Positions 29,672 through 39,407 of a stretch of DNA of 64,000 nucleotides are shown here, piece after piece; positions within the stretch are counted from its first letter, which is position 1, and every line of letters starts with the position of its first letter. This stretch comes from Clostridia bacterium. GTDB taxonomy: Bacteria > Bacillota > Clostridia > UMGS1883 > UMGS1540. The translations under genes and the position numbers were made by a program. Under the pieces are notes generated by a model. The model ran no database searches. It saw only the letters and a list, made by a program, of their open reading frames with translations, and was not told the origin of the DNA. The stretch covers positions 2,226-66,225 of the forward strand of contig JAZOQG010000003.1 in assembly GCA_045656005.1 (NCBI GenBank), in the 5' to 3' direction.

Positions 29672-30934
29672 TTATTTTTTTATTTTATCCCAATATTCTT
29701 TTGTTGCAGTTTCAATTTTATTAGTGCCATATTTATAGTATTTTTTATCTTTTATCTTATCGGGCAAATACTGTTGTTTTACATAGTGACCCGGAAATGC
29801 GTGAGGATATTTATACTCTGTTCCTCTGCCTATCTTTGCAGCACCGCTATAGTGAGCATCTTTAAGATGCTGAGGGATATCTCCGCATTCGCTTTTTCTC
29901 ACATCATCAAGTGCTGCCCATATAGCCTCAGCTGCTGAATTTGATTTCGGGGCTGTTGCAAGCAAAATTGTAGCCTCCGAAAGGGGCAACACGGCTTCTG
30001 GGAAGCCTACCTGAAAAGCACTGTCAACACATGCTTTAACAACGGAAATTGCAGTAGGGTGTGCAAGGCCTATATCCTCTGCTGCTATAACTACAAGACG
30101 GCGGCAGATAGAGATTAAATCTCCACCTTCGCAAAGCCTTGCAAGGTAATGGACTGCCGCATCAGGGTCACTCCCCCTGATGGACTTTTGAAAAGCACTT
30201 AAGATATCATAGTGGCTATCACCGTCACGGTCATAGCGAAAGGCTTTTTTGGAAGTACATCCTTCAAGGGTTTCTATTGTAATATTTATATTTCCGTCTT
30301 TATCCGAGAGGGTGCTTATTGCCGCAACTTCCAAAGTGCCGATTGCTTTTCTTACATCACCACCGCATGATGTTGCAATAAAAGAAAGAGCATCATCTGA
30401 AATTGAGAGGGGCATCCCGTCACTTTTTAAAATATCAATACTGCGGCGAAGCGCTTTTTCTATTTCTTCTGACGGAACTTCTTTAAATTCAAACACAGTT
30501 GAGCGTGACAAAATCGCATTATAAATATAGAAGTATGGATTTTCCGTTGTACTTGCAATCAAAGTTATTTTTCCGTTTTCGATAAACTCCAGAAGAGACT
30601 GTTGTTGTTTCTTATTAAAATTTTGTATCTCGTCAAGATAGAGCAAAACTCCATCCATTCCGTCAAATCCGTTAAGGTCTGAAATAATTGTTTTGATATC
30701 GGAAACCGATGCATTTGTTGCATTAAGTTTATAAAGTTTCTTCCCGCATTTTTTTGCCGCAATATTTGCAACCGTTGTCTTTCCTGTACCCGAAGGACCA
30801 TAGAAAATCATGTTAGGGATTGTTCCGCTTTCGATTATTTTTCTCAAAATACCAGTTTCGGACAACAGATGCTGTTGTCCGAAAACTTCTGATAAGCTTT
30901 GAGGCCTTATACGGTCTGCTAAAGGTTTGTTCAT
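29672..30934 (-). CDS. rarA: Replication-associated recombination protein A (RarA/MgsA AAA+ ATPase)
   Basis: LADRIRPQSLSEVFGQQHLL, Walker A GPSGTGKTT, 420 aa. Confidence 0.85.
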   Translation of the reverse strand: MNKPLADRIRPQSLSEVFGQQHLLSETGILRKIIESGTIPNMIFYGPSGTGKTTVANIAAKKCGKKLYKLNATNASVSDIKTIISDLNGFDGMDGVLLYLDEIQNFNKKQQQSLLEFIENGKITLIASTTENPYFYIYNAILSRSTVFEFKEVPSEEIEKALRRSIDILKSDGMPLSISDDALSFIATSCGGDVRKAIGTLEVAAISTLSDKDGNINITIETLEGCTSKKAFRYDRDGDSHYDILSAFQKSIRGSDPDAAVHYLARLCEGGDLISICRRLVVIAAEDIGLAHPTAISVVKACVDSAFQVGFPEAVLPLSEATILLATAPKSNSAAEAIWAALDDVRKSECGDIPQHLKDAHYSGAAKIGRGTEYKYPHAFPGHYVKQQYLPDKIKDKKYYKYGTNKIETATKEYWDKIKK

Positions 30935-30961
30935 AAGCTCACCTTACTTTAATACTAACTG

Positions 30962-31053
30962 ATTGGGGAATAGGGAAAAATGTTCAGAACGGACAAACTG
31001 AAACGAAGCTGTATATAGATACTGCGATGTTGAAGTTTGTTCGTAGCAAAAAG
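30962..31053 (+). repeat. Interspersed structured repeat, copy 1 (conserved 5' block ...CAGAACGGACAAACTGAA and 3' block GAAGTTTGTTCGTAGCAAAAAG)
   Basis: Near-identical to the reverse complement of 38691-38777. The termini can form a 10-bp stem (ACGGACAAAC / GUUUGUUCGU). Confidence 0.7.
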
Positions 31054-31180
31054 GCTTTAAATCTTAGAAAAATCGAACTTGGTGAGATTTTTCATCGAGG
31101 ATAGCACAACGATGGTTTTCTGCTATCAAAGTTTATCTTTTTCCAGCCTTTTTGCGGTCTGGACTTTTTTCTTCATTCCC

Positions 31181-32419
31181 TTATTTATACAAAGGATATT
31201 TTTCGCAAAGTGCTTTAACCCCTGCACGAACTTCGTCCGCTTTGTTTTCAAAATCAAATATTGTCATAGCAATAAGATGTGCAATTACTTCCATGTCTTC
31301 TTCTTTCATGCCGCGTGAAGTAACTGCGGGAGTACCGATTCTGATACCGCTTGTGATAAATGGGCTCTTTGTATCAAAAGGAATGGCATTTTTGTTACAT
31401 GTAATATTAACTTCATCCAAAAGTGCCTCAACCTCTTTACCTGTTTTGCCTGTGTCTGTAAGGTCAACGAGCATAAGATGGTTATCTGTTCCGCCTGAAA
31501 CAAGTTTTAAGCCTTCTTTAATAAATGCTTTTGCCAATGCATCAGCATTTTTAACAATCTGTTTCTGGTATTCTTTAAATTCATCAGAAAGTGCTTCTTT
31601 AAAGCAAACTGCTTTTGCGGCGATGATGTGCATTAAAGGTCCGCCCTGAATACCGGGGAATATAGCTTTATCAATAGCTTTTGCATGCTCTTCCTTACAA
31701 AGAATAAGACCACCACGCGGACCGCGGAGTGTTTTATGTGTTGTAGTTGTAACGAAGTCTGCATAAGGTACGGGATTTGGATGAAGACCTGCTGCAACAA
31801 GACCTGCAATATGTGCCATGTCAACGAGGAAGTATGCACCAACCTCTTTTGCAATTTCAGCAAACTTCTCAAAGTCGATTGTTCTTGAGTATGCACTTGC
31901 ACCTGCGAGGATAAGTTTTGGTTTATTTTCAATAGCAAGACGTCTGATTTCATCATAATCAATTTTGCCGTCTGCTTCGGAAACTCCGTAAGGAACAATA
32001 TTGAAGTATTTACCTGACATATTAACGGGGCTGCCGTGGCTTAAATGTCCGCCGTGTGCAAGGTTCATACTAAGCACTGTGTCGCCAGGGTTTAAAACTG
32101 CAAAAAATACTGCCATGTTAGCCTGTGCACCTGAGTGAGGCTGAACATTTGCATGGTCTGCACCAAAGATTTTGCAGGCTCTTTCGCGTGCCAAAGTTTC
32201 TACAACGTCTACATGTTCGCAACCGCCATAGTATCTTTTGCCGGGGTAACCCTCGGCATATTTGTTTGTAAGAGGTGTTCCCATAGCTTCCATAACCGCG
32301 GGACTTACAAAGTTTTCAGATGCAATAAGCTCAATTTTGTTCTGCTGACGTGAAAGCTCGTTTTCTATTGCAACTGCAACTTCGCTGTCAAACTTTTTGA
32401 TTTCATCAATATGTAACAA
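31181..32419 (-). CDS. glyA: Serine hydroxymethyltransferase
   Basis: 412 aa with an SHMT N-terminal signature ([39 protein letters not shown]) and the PLP-Lys region [14 protein letters not shown]. Confidence 0.9.
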   Translation of the reverse strand: MLHIDEIKKFDSEVAVAIENELSRQQNKIELIASENFVSPAVMEAMGTPLTNKYAEGYPGKRYYGGCEHVDVVETLARERACKIFGADHANVQPHSGAQANMAVFFAVLNPGDTVLSMNLAHGGHLSHGSPVNMSGKYFNIVPYGVSEADGKIDYDEIRRLAIENKPKLILAGASAYSRTIDFEKFAEIAKEVGAYFLVDMAHIAGLVAAGLHPNPVPYADFVTTTTHKTLRGPRGGLILCKEEHAKAIDKAIFPGIQGGPLMHIIAAKAVCFKEALSDEFKEYQKQIVKNADALAKAFIKEGLKLVSGGTDNHLMLVDLTDTGKTGKEVEALLDEVNITCNKNAIPFDTKSPFITSGIRIGTPAVTSRGMKEEDMEVIAHLIAMTIFDFENKADEVRAGVKALCEKYPLYK

Positions 32420-32521
32420 AAAAATTCATCCTTTCAAAAAATAATAATATATTCTATTATACAGCTTTTTCTTTACTTTTTCAATAGTTTTTGATAAAAT
32501 TAATTCATGAGAGGTGTTTTT

Positions 32522-33154
32522 ATGACAAATAAGGAAAAATACAAAAAAATTCAGGAGATTTTTGACGAAATTTACAGTGATGCAGATTGTTCACTTGACT
32601 ATAAAAATCCATTTCATTTACTTGTTGCGGTTCAGCTTGCCGCGCAGTGCACAGATGCGAGAGTAAATATGGTAACACCAAAGCTATTTGAAATTTTACC
32701 CGACCCTAAGGCTTTTGCCGAAGCTGAGATTCCGCTTATTGAAGAGCTTATAAAATCAACGGGTTTTTATCACAATAAAGCTAAAAATTTAAAGGCATGT
32801 GCAAAAAGGCTTCTGGAAGAATTTGATGGAGAGGTTCCTGATAATATGGACGACCTTTTAAGTCTTCCGGGAGTAGGGAGAAAAACTGCAAATCTTATTA
32901 TGGGCGATGTTTTCCATAAAGGCGGAGTTGTGGTTGACACGCATTGCAAGAGAATAACGAAAAAGATTGGGTTTACAAAAAATGATGACCCGACAAAGGT
33001 TGAATTTGATTTGATAAAAATAATTCCAAAGGAAAATCAGTCCCGTTTTTGCCATCAGATTGTGTGGCACGGGAGAGAAATATGTATTGCAAGAAGACCT
33101 AAATGCATGGAGTGTCCCATAAGGGAGTATTGCAAAGAGGGTATGAAGTTATAG
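32522..33154 (+). CDS. nth: Endonuclease III (DNA-(apurinic/apyrimidinic site) lyase)
   Basis: HhH-GPD motif LPGVGRKTANLIMG and a C-terminal 4Fe-4S cluster CxxxxxxCxxCxxxxxC (CIARRPKCMECPIREYC). Confidence 0.85.
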   Translation: MTNKEKYKKIQEIFDEIYSDADCSLDYKNPFHLLVAVQLAAQCTDARVNMVTPKLFEILPDPKAFAEAEIPLIEELIKSTGFYHNKAKNLKACAKRLLEEFDGEVPDNMDDLLSLPGVGRKTANLIMGDVFHKGGVVVDTHCKRITKKIGFTKNDDPTKVEFDLIKIIPKENQSRFCHQIVWHGREICIARRPKCMECPIREYCKEGMKL

Positions 33155-33213
33155 TTTTTGTTGATATTTTAAAAACATCTGCCTGCTTTACAAGAGAGGC
33201 GGTTGTTCTTTTG

Positions 33214-33516
33214 TTATTTAAGACTTTCAATTTTTTCGTTTATTTCAAATCCCATTTTTATGCCCGAAAGCAAACCTATTTCAAAATATACTTCCTCGTA
33301 TATTGATGTCTGCTCATCAAAAAATGTTAAAATTTTATCAAGTTCTTCAGAATTGTGGAATTTGTTTTTGAAAAAATCTGTTATATTTTTATTTGCATCT
33401 CTAAGTCTTTGAGAATAAGAATGGGTGTCGGGTTTTACATAGCTTTCAACACCATATTTCAAAAAGGTTTGAATTGAGTATAAATCTGCACGTTTTAATA
33501 AGTTTTTAAAATCCAT
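33214..33516 (-). CDS. Hypothetical small helical protein (100 aa)
   Basis: ORF with a plausible RBS. No recognisable motif. Confidence 0.35.
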   Translation of the reverse strand: MDFKNLLKRADLYSIQTFLKYGVESYVKPDTHSYSQRLRDANKNITDFFKNKFHNSEELDKILTFFDEQTSIYEEVYFEIGLLSGIKMGFEINEKIESLK

Positions 33517-33721
33517 AAATATCGTACCTTTCTTTCGCAGAGTATATTTTTATGACGATGTAAGTATATCATATAATTTTTGAATTGTGTGGATTTATCT
33601 CAAATTGTGATATAAATTCTTTGGCAATGAAAGATTGATAAATATTTGTATCTCTACGAGGTGTGACTTTCGGCAGTCAAAAGAAAATTTTATAAAAACG
33701 TCAGTTTGTGCGATTATCGGG

Positions 33722-33829
33722 GGCGAAGAAAAAATAGTGCAGAACGGACAAACTGAACCAAGCGGAGCTTGGGTTAGCCGAAGGCGTACTAAAGTACGTC
33801 GAGAGGTGAAGTTTGTTCGTAGCATAAAG
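33722..33829 (+). repeat. Interspersed structured repeat, copy 3 (same conserved ends, different and longer core carrying two internal hairpins)
   Basis: 5' gaagaaaaaatagtgCAGAACGGACAAACTGAA, core ccaagc-gga-gcttgg and cgtac-taaa-gtacg, 3' GAAGTTTGTTCGTAGCATAAAG. Confidence 0.65.
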
Positions 33830-33842
33830 CAATTAAAATAAA

Positions 33843-33871
33843 AACATTCGCCAGAAAGCGAATGTTTTCTT
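33843..33871. terminator. Bidirectional rho-independent terminator
   Basis: aaaaacattcgc-cagaaa-gcgaatgtttt. Confidence 0.6.
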
Positions 33872-33949
33872 TAAATGGAAATTATCAAATAGAAATGCAC
33901 ATATATTAGGTCATGTATTAGTATTTGCTTTATGCGGTCTGTACATTTT

Positions 33950-34489
33950 TTAAAGCCCATAATATGCCCTGCTGCCGCCTATATATTTAGGTCTTGTTTT
34001 TGCAAAGGTTGTATGTGCCTGACCGATTTTATTTATGGAAAGACGAAGGGGAACTGCAACATGACGAAGGTGCATGCCTATAAAAGTATCGCCAATGTCA
34101 ATACCTGCGTGTGCTTTTACAAATTCAACAACTACAGGGTCTTTAAATTTTTTGTAAGCACTTGTTCCTGCAGAGCCACCTGCTTTAGGTTGAGGAATAA
34201 CAGAAACTATTTCAAGGCCATATCTTTCTGCGGCCTCTCTTTCAATTACAATTGCACGGTTTAAATGCTCACAGCATCCTACTGCAAGATATATTCCGCT
34301 TTCTCCGATTGCACTAAGAGCACCATCTATCACTTCGTCACCAAGCTCAAACACCGAGCCTTTGCCTATTTTATTTCCGGCTATTTCGCTTGTGGAACAA
34401 CCCATTATGAGTATTTCCCCGCTTTTTATACCGGATTCTTTTATAAGTTCATTGAGTGCAAATTTTACTTCATTTTGTATATTGTTCAT
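33950..34489 (-). CDS. UPF0340/DUF436-family protein (YwlG-like)
   Basis: 179 aa carrying GEILIMGCSTSEIAG and VGCCEHLNRA motifs typical of the UPF0340 family. Confidence 0.55.
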   Translation of the reverse strand: MNNIQNEVKFALNELIKESGIKSGEILIMGCSTSEIAGNKIGKGSVFELGDEVIDGALSAIGESGIYLAVGCCEHLNRAIVIEREAAERYGLEIVSVIPQPKAGGSAGTSAYKKFKDPVVVEFVKAHAGIDIGDTFIGMHLRHVAVPLRLSINKIGQAHTTFAKTRPKYIGGSRAYYGL

Positions 34490-34538
34490 TTTTCAGCAGT
34501 CCTTTTTGTTTTCATTTTATCACTTTGAGATAACTGTG

Positions 34539-36086
34539 TCAAGTGGTAGGTATAAGCAGTCTGGTGCCGGGTGACAAAGGAGTTGTTCGTGACACGGAAT
34601 TAAGTGTGGAAATTTTTTCAATACTTGTTCTATATTTTTTGGCAACACTCCAGAGTGTATCCTCAGGCTGTACAAAATAAATAATTATTGATGATGAAGG
34701 CTCTTTTTCACATTCTGAAATATTTATTTCATCTATTACGCTTACATTTTCACTACATATAATTTTGACAGATGCATTCATGTTTGCTCTTATATTAATT
34801 GTGTGTTCATCAGGAAGAGTGTAGCTTAAGCTTTCGCTGTGAATATGGCAGTCAACCATAAAATCTGTGCACGAGTCGATGTTTACGGAGTGGGTAAAGG
34901 GAACTGTGTCCTTAAAACTGCACACAGGAATTTCAGGGTCTCCCGTAAGATACAAAACAGAAAGTTTTAAAATGCCCTCAAGTCTTATCAGGTTATCTTC
35001 GTGAATAACTTTTTCGATATATGGTTTTGAGGAAATGTTGCAAATTCTTGAAACGCTGGGATAACCTTCGGGAACAGAAATGTCTCCTTTTGCAGAAATC
35101 TGCGGATTTGCCATCTTTTCAATTCTGTCAATTTTAAGCAGTTTCCGGCTTACAGAAATGTCGCAATCAGGACTATAGCAGTCGCTTAAAACGGTTGCGG
35201 TTTGTTCGCCTGTTATATTTAAAGACGCACACATCTTAATTTCTACACCGATTGCACATATGCCGTTCTCGTCTTCATCCGTCTCATAATATGTGCTGAA
35301 GATATTAAAGTCTATGTCCGCATCCATGTCCTCTGCGGCACCGGGTGCATCTAAAACTTCGGTAAAAGGAATTTCGTGTTCCATAAATTGAATTTGCATA
35401 TCGCTTTGGCTTACATATAGAGTGCTTACAGAGCAAATTCCTTTTAAAACACACTTGTCGGAAAGAAGTTTTGCATTATATTCTGTAACAGTCGGAGAAA
35501 TTTTTAAAATATCTGCAGCATTTTTTCCTGCAGGAAAATCAAGTCTGTCGGAAACTATAATCTCATAGTCCTCGTCAAGCTGTCCGCAAAATGCCTTGAT
35601 GTCACTCGTTAATGTTTCAACAGGGGTATCACCTTCTGCTCCGCAGATAAACTCCGCCATGCCGCTTTTGCTTGCTTTGATTTCGGTGTGAACTGTGGCT
35701 TTTACTCCTATTTTACGGCTGTTTATAAGGCTATAGTCAATGGAAGAAACATCCGCGATGGAGTGGATTTTCATTTCAGGCATTACGCCTTGCGCCTGGC
35801 ATACATCGGTGAAGCTCGCAGTAGTGATTATGCTTTTGGCAGGCGAGTTGCTCATTTGAGGGTCGGGGGTATAAATCACAGTAATCAGGACTTCTCCTCT
35901 TAAAATTACTTTATCTCCGCCTACTTCTTTTTCTTTTATGTGGGCTGTGGCATCAAGCTGAAGAATTTCGGCAATGTCAGGATGCTCCCCGGGCAGAATG
36001 ATATCGGCTTCCGCTAAAACTTCCGAGCCGCAACCTATAATAACTTCATCAAATTTTATGCCGTCTTTTTTTGCTTCTATGTTCAT
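34539..36086 (-). CDS. LysM-domain protein with a long N-terminal repeat region (DUF3794/SipL-SpoVID-like candidate)
   Basis: C-terminal LysM (YFVQPEDTLWSVAKKYRTSIEKISTLNSV...LLIP). The most probable start is the ATG at 36086 behind a GGGAGG RBS. Sporulation context. Confidence 0.5.
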   Translation of the reverse strand: MNIEAKKDGIKFDEVIIGCGSEVLAEADIILPGEHPDIAEILQLDATAHIKEKEVGGDKVILRGEVLITVIYTPDPQMSNSPAKSIITTASFTDVCQAQGVMPEMKIHSIADVSSIDYSLINSRKIGVKATVHTEIKASKSGMAEFICGAEGDTPVETLTSDIKAFCGQLDEDYEIIVSDRLDFPAGKNAADILKISPTVTEYNAKLLSDKCVLKGICSVSTLYVSQSDMQIQFMEHEIPFTEVLDAPGAAEDMDADIDFNIFSTYYETDEDENGICAIGVEIKMCASLNITGEQTATVLSDCYSPDCDISVSRKLLKIDRIEKMANPQISAKGDISVPEGYPSVSRICNISSKPYIEKVIHEDNLIRLEGILKLSVLYLTGDPEIPVCSFKDTVPFTHSVNIDSCTDFMVDCHIHSESLSYTLPDEHTINIRANMNASVKIICSENVSVIDEINISECEKEPSSSIIIYFVQPEDTLWSVAKKYRTSIEKISTLNSVSRTTPLSPGTRLLIPTT

Positions 36087-36232
36087 AGATAGTCCTCCCA
36101 TAAAATGTTCTATAAAATTTATATGAAAGGGTTTTCTTTTATAGTACAACTTTTTCTTGTTTATTTTGGAAACTTGCGTTATACTATAATAAAGTGCTGA
36201 ATATTTTATAATACCATGGGAGGTGTTATAAA

Positions 36233-36631
36233 ATGAAGAAAATCATCATTGTTGTTTGTGTGATTTTGATTCTTTTGATGACAATGGGAAATGCCGGAAA
36301 TAATGAAAAAACAGATTATATCAAACAGTTTGGCTGGGTTATTGATGAAAAAAGTGAGGTTTGTGAGGAAGTTTTGATACCAAATCCTTTGAGTGACGTT
36401 TATGAGAAATATAATGAGCTTCAGAAAAAACTGGGATTTGACTTATCAGAATACTGCGGAAAAAAAGCAGAAAGATATACATATAAGGTTTTAAATCACA
36501 AAAGCGGGAGCGGGGTTTTTGCAAACGTTATTATATATAAAGGAAAAATAATCGGTGCAGACATTATGTCAAGAGCTATTGACGGATTTATGCATGAAAT
36601 AAACAGAAAGGAATTTTTAAATGCGTCTTGA
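36233..36631 (+). CDS. Hypothetical membrane-anchored or secreted small protein (132 aa)
   Basis: N-terminal hydrophobic segment. No catalytic motif. Its stop overlaps the rsuA start. Confidence 0.4.
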   Translation: MKKIIIVVCVILILLMTMGNAGNNEKTDYIKQFGWVIDEKSEVCEEVLIPNPLSDVYEKYNELQKKLGFDLSEYCGKKAERYTYKVLNHKSGSGVFANVIIYKGKIIGADIMSRAIDGFMHEINRKEFLNAS

Positions 36632-37322
36632 TAAATATGCGGCTTATGCCGCAAAGAGCAGAAAAGAGATAAAAAAGCTTATAACAGGCGGCAAAGTAAG
36701 TGTTAACGGAAAGATAATAAAAGATGCAGGCTATAACGTAAAGGAAGATGACATTGTATTGGTTGACGGTGTACCTTTTAAATACAGGGAGTTTATTTAT
36801 CTTCTTATGAATAAGCCTGAGGGAGTGGTAAGTGCAACTTATGACCCTAGGCAAAAAACTGTTATTGACTTACTTTCCGAAGAAGACAAACGTTTTGAGC
36901 CTTTTCCTGTCGGAAGGCTTGATATCGACACTACGGGAATGCTTATCCTGACAAATGACGGAAAAATAGCGCATGCACTCCTGTCGCCTTCAAAAAAGGT
37001 TCCGAAAAAATATGTGGCAGAAGTTGATGGTGATATAACTGATACGGACATTAAAGAATTTGAAAAAGGCATTTTACTTGATGACGGATACAAAACACTA
37101 CCTGCAGTTTTAAAGCCTTTAAGCGAGAGAGTTGCTGAGGTTACAATTTCAGAAGGAAAATTTCATCAGGTTAAAAGAATGTTTGCTCATTGCAAAAAGC
37201 ATGTTTTAAATCTTCGCAGAGTGGAATTTGCATCTCTTAAGATGGATGAGAGTTTAAAAGAGGGCGAGTACAGGCATCTGACAGATGAAGAATTAGCGGT
37301 TTTATATAACATTATGCAATAG
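36621..37322 (+). CDS. rsuA: 16S rRNA pseudouridine synthase (RsuA/RluB family)
   Basis: S4 domain (MRLDKYAAYA...KVSVNGK) and the catalytic motif GRLDIDTTGMLILTNDG. Confidence 0.8.
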   Translation: MRLDKYAAYAAKSRKEIKKLITGGKVSVNGKIIKDAGYNVKEDDIVLVDGVPFKYREFIYLLMNKPEGVVSATYDPRQKTVIDLLSEEDKRFEPFPVGRLDIDTTGMLILTNDGKIAHALLSPSKKVPKKYVAEVDGDITDTDIKEFEKGILLDDGYKTLPAVLKPLSERVAEVTISEGKFHQVKRMFAHCKKHVLNLRRVEFASLKMDESLKEGEYRHLTDEELAVLYNIMQ

Positions 37323-37444
37323 TGCTAAAGAAATCCCGATTTTTTTGTGTGTTTCGCGTATTTTCAAAGCTGAAAAAATGTGTTAAACTATAGTATGTGA
37401 TTAAAAAGGGTGCCTTTGCGGCACAAATTAGGAGGATATTTTAA

Positions 37445-38554
37445 ATGGCAAGCTTAAGCTTAAAAGGAATTTACAAAAGATACTCTGGCGGAGTTACCGC
37501 TGTAAGTGATTTTAACCTTGAAATCGAAGACAAAGAATTTATAATATTCGTTGGTCCTTCCGGTTGTGGTAAATCAACAACACTTCGTATGATTGCAGGT
37601 CTTGAAGAAATTTCGGAAGGTGAACTTTACATCGACGACAAACTCGTAAACGACATGGCTCCAAAGGACAGAGATATTGCGATGGTTTTCCAGAACTACG
37701 CTCTCTATCCTCACATGACAGTTTTCGAAAACATGGCATTCGGACTTAAACTTCGTAAAACTCCAAAGGATGAAATTAAGAGAAGAGTTGAAGAAGCAGC
37801 TAAAATTTTGGATATCGACCACCTTCTTGACAGAAAGCCAAAGGCTCTCTCCGGTGGTCAGCGTCAGAGGGTTGCGCTCGGTCGTGCAATCGTTCGTGAA
37901 CCTAAGGTATTCCTTATGGACGAACCTTTATCAAACCTCGATGCTAAACTTCGTGTACAGATGAGAACAGAAATCGGTAAGCTTCACAAAAAGCTCCAGA
38001 CAACATTCATCTACGTAACACACGACCAGACAGAGGCTTTGACAATGGCTTCGCGTATCGTTGTTATGAAAGACGGTATCATTCAGCAGGTTGCAGCTCC
38101 TCAGGAACTTTATGATAATCCTTCAAACGTATTCGTTGCAGGCTTTATCGGTTCACCTCAGATGAACTTCATCGATGCTGACATCGTTGAAGAAGACGGC
38201 AAAATCAACCTTGTATTCGGAACTCAGAAGGTTACACTTCCTGAAGGCAAGGCTGCAAAACTTGACAAGGCTTACATCGGTCAGAAAGTTATACTCGGTA
38301 TTCGTCCTGAAGACCTTTATGATGACGAGGCTTATATCGCAGCAGCTCCTGATTGTGTAATTGATGCAGAAGTAACAATTACTGAAATGATGGGTGCTGA
38401 AACATATCTTTACATGGATGTTGAGGGTAAACAGTGCGTTGCAAGAGTTAACCCAAGAACAACAACAAAAGCAGGCGACAAGATTAAGCTCGCATTTGAT
38501 GGTAATAAAATCCACATCTTTGACAAAGATACTGAATACGCAGTACTTAACTAA
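37445..38554 (+). CDS. msmX: Sugar ABC transporter ATP-binding protein (MsmX/MalK-like)
   Basis: Walker A GPSGCGKST, signature LSGGQRQRVALGRAIV, and a C-terminal TOBE/MalK regulatory domain. Confidence 0.85.
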   Translation: MASLSLKGIYKRYSGGVTAVSDFNLEIEDKEFIIFVGPSGCGKSTTLRMIAGLEEISEGELYIDDKLVNDMAPKDRDIAMVFQNYALYPHMTVFENMAFGLKLRKTPKDEIKRRVEEAAKILDIDHLLDRKPKALSGGQRQRVALGRAIVREPKVFLMDEPLSNLDAKLRVQMRTEIGKLHKKLQTTFIYVTHDQTEALTMASRIVVMKDGIIQQVAAPQELYDNPSNVFVAGFIGSPQMNFIDADIVEEDGKINLVFGTQKVTLPEGKAAKLDKAYIGQKVILGIRPEDLYDDEAYIAAAPDCVIDAEVTITEMMGAETYLYMDVEGKQCVARVNPRTTTKAGDKIKLAFDGNKIHIFDKDTEYAVLN

Positions 38555-38653
38555 CATTAAAATCAAGCGGAAATGTAAAAAAGTCCAGACCGCAAAAAGC
38601 AAAATAAATTTATTAATTTTATTTGCGCATGATATTATTTATAGTGTATAGTG

Positions 38654-38681
38654 AAAACATCCGCATCAGCGGATGTTTTTC
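38654..38681. terminator. Bidirectional rho-independent terminator
   Basis: aaaacatccgc-atca-gcggatgttttt. Confidence 0.6.
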
Positions 38682-38690
38682 TTTTATATG

Positions 38691-38777
38691 CTTTTTGCTA
38701 CGAACAAACTTCAACATCGCAGTATCTATATACAGCTTCGTTTCAGTTTGTCCGTTCTGAAACATTTTTCCTATTCC
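38691..38777 (-). repeat. Interspersed structured repeat, copy 2 (reverse complement of copy 1, near-identical including the core)
   Basis: ctttttgctacgaacaaacttcaacatcgcagtatctatatacagcttcgtttcagtttgtccgttctgaa matches the rc of 30985-31053 almost exactly. Confidence 0.7.
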
Positions 38778-38783
38778 CTTTGT

Positions 38784-39239
38784 TTATATGATACTCTTCA
38801 TATATTCCAAAAGTGCAGTACATCCCTTCAGTACATCGTTATAAGTATCATCAAAATTTCCCGTGTACCATGGGTCTGCGATATTTCCGCCATCGGCAAA
38901 GTCGAGAAGGAGGGAAATTTTATCTTCTGCACTTTTTCCCAAAATGGAGTGCATATTTCGAAGGTTTGCGTTGTCCATACCGATAAAAAAGTCGTATTTA
39001 TCGGCATCTGAAGGCATTAATTTTTCAGAATATTTTCCTTTGCAGGAAATTCCGACTTCGGCAAGTTTTCTCGCTGTGCCGCGGTGTACGGGATTTCCTA
39101 TTTCTTCATAGCTTGTGGCTGAGGATTTTATCAGGAATTTGTCACCAAGTCCTGCCTTTTCCACCATATCACGAAAAACAAATTCAGCCATAGTAGAACG
39201 GCATATATTTCCGTGACACACGAACATTATTTTAATCAT
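38784..39239 (-). CDS. Low-molecular-weight protein-tyrosine phosphatase
   Basis: CX5R(S/T) P-loop CHGNICRS near the N-terminus (MIKIMFVCHGNICRSTMAE) and a C-terminal DP motif. The ORF track extension to 39290 is probably not translated. Confidence 0.75.
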   Translation of the reverse strand: MIKIMFVCHGNICRSTMAEFVFRDMVEKAGLGDKFLIKSSATSYEEIGNPVHRGTARKLAEVGISCKGKYSEKLMPSDADKYDFFIGMDNANLRNMHSILGKSAEDKISLLLDFADGGNIADPWYTGNFDDTYNDVLKGCTALLEYMKSII

Positions 39240-39407
39240 TTTTATCACCCAAATTATTATATCGCAATATAAAGTATTTGTAAATACCATAAAAGAAACA
39301 AACCCATATTTTTTATATATTTTTTAACATTATTTGGTTTTTTACTTGAAAACTAATTGGGAATATGCTATGATTTACATTGTACTTTTTATTGGGAGTG
39401 ACAAAAA

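Noticed and set aside
36339-36854. Small minus-strand ORFs (61 and 88 aa) overlapping the 132-aa protein gene and rsuA
   Set aside because: Antisense to better-supported genes, with no RBS.
30962-38777. Repeat elements as integron attC sites
   Set aside because: The termini do not match the R''/R' core consensus (RYYYAAC / GTTRRRY) well. No intI-like integrase is present. The adjacent genes (glyA, msmX) are housekeeping rather than cassettes. Kept only as a remote analogy.
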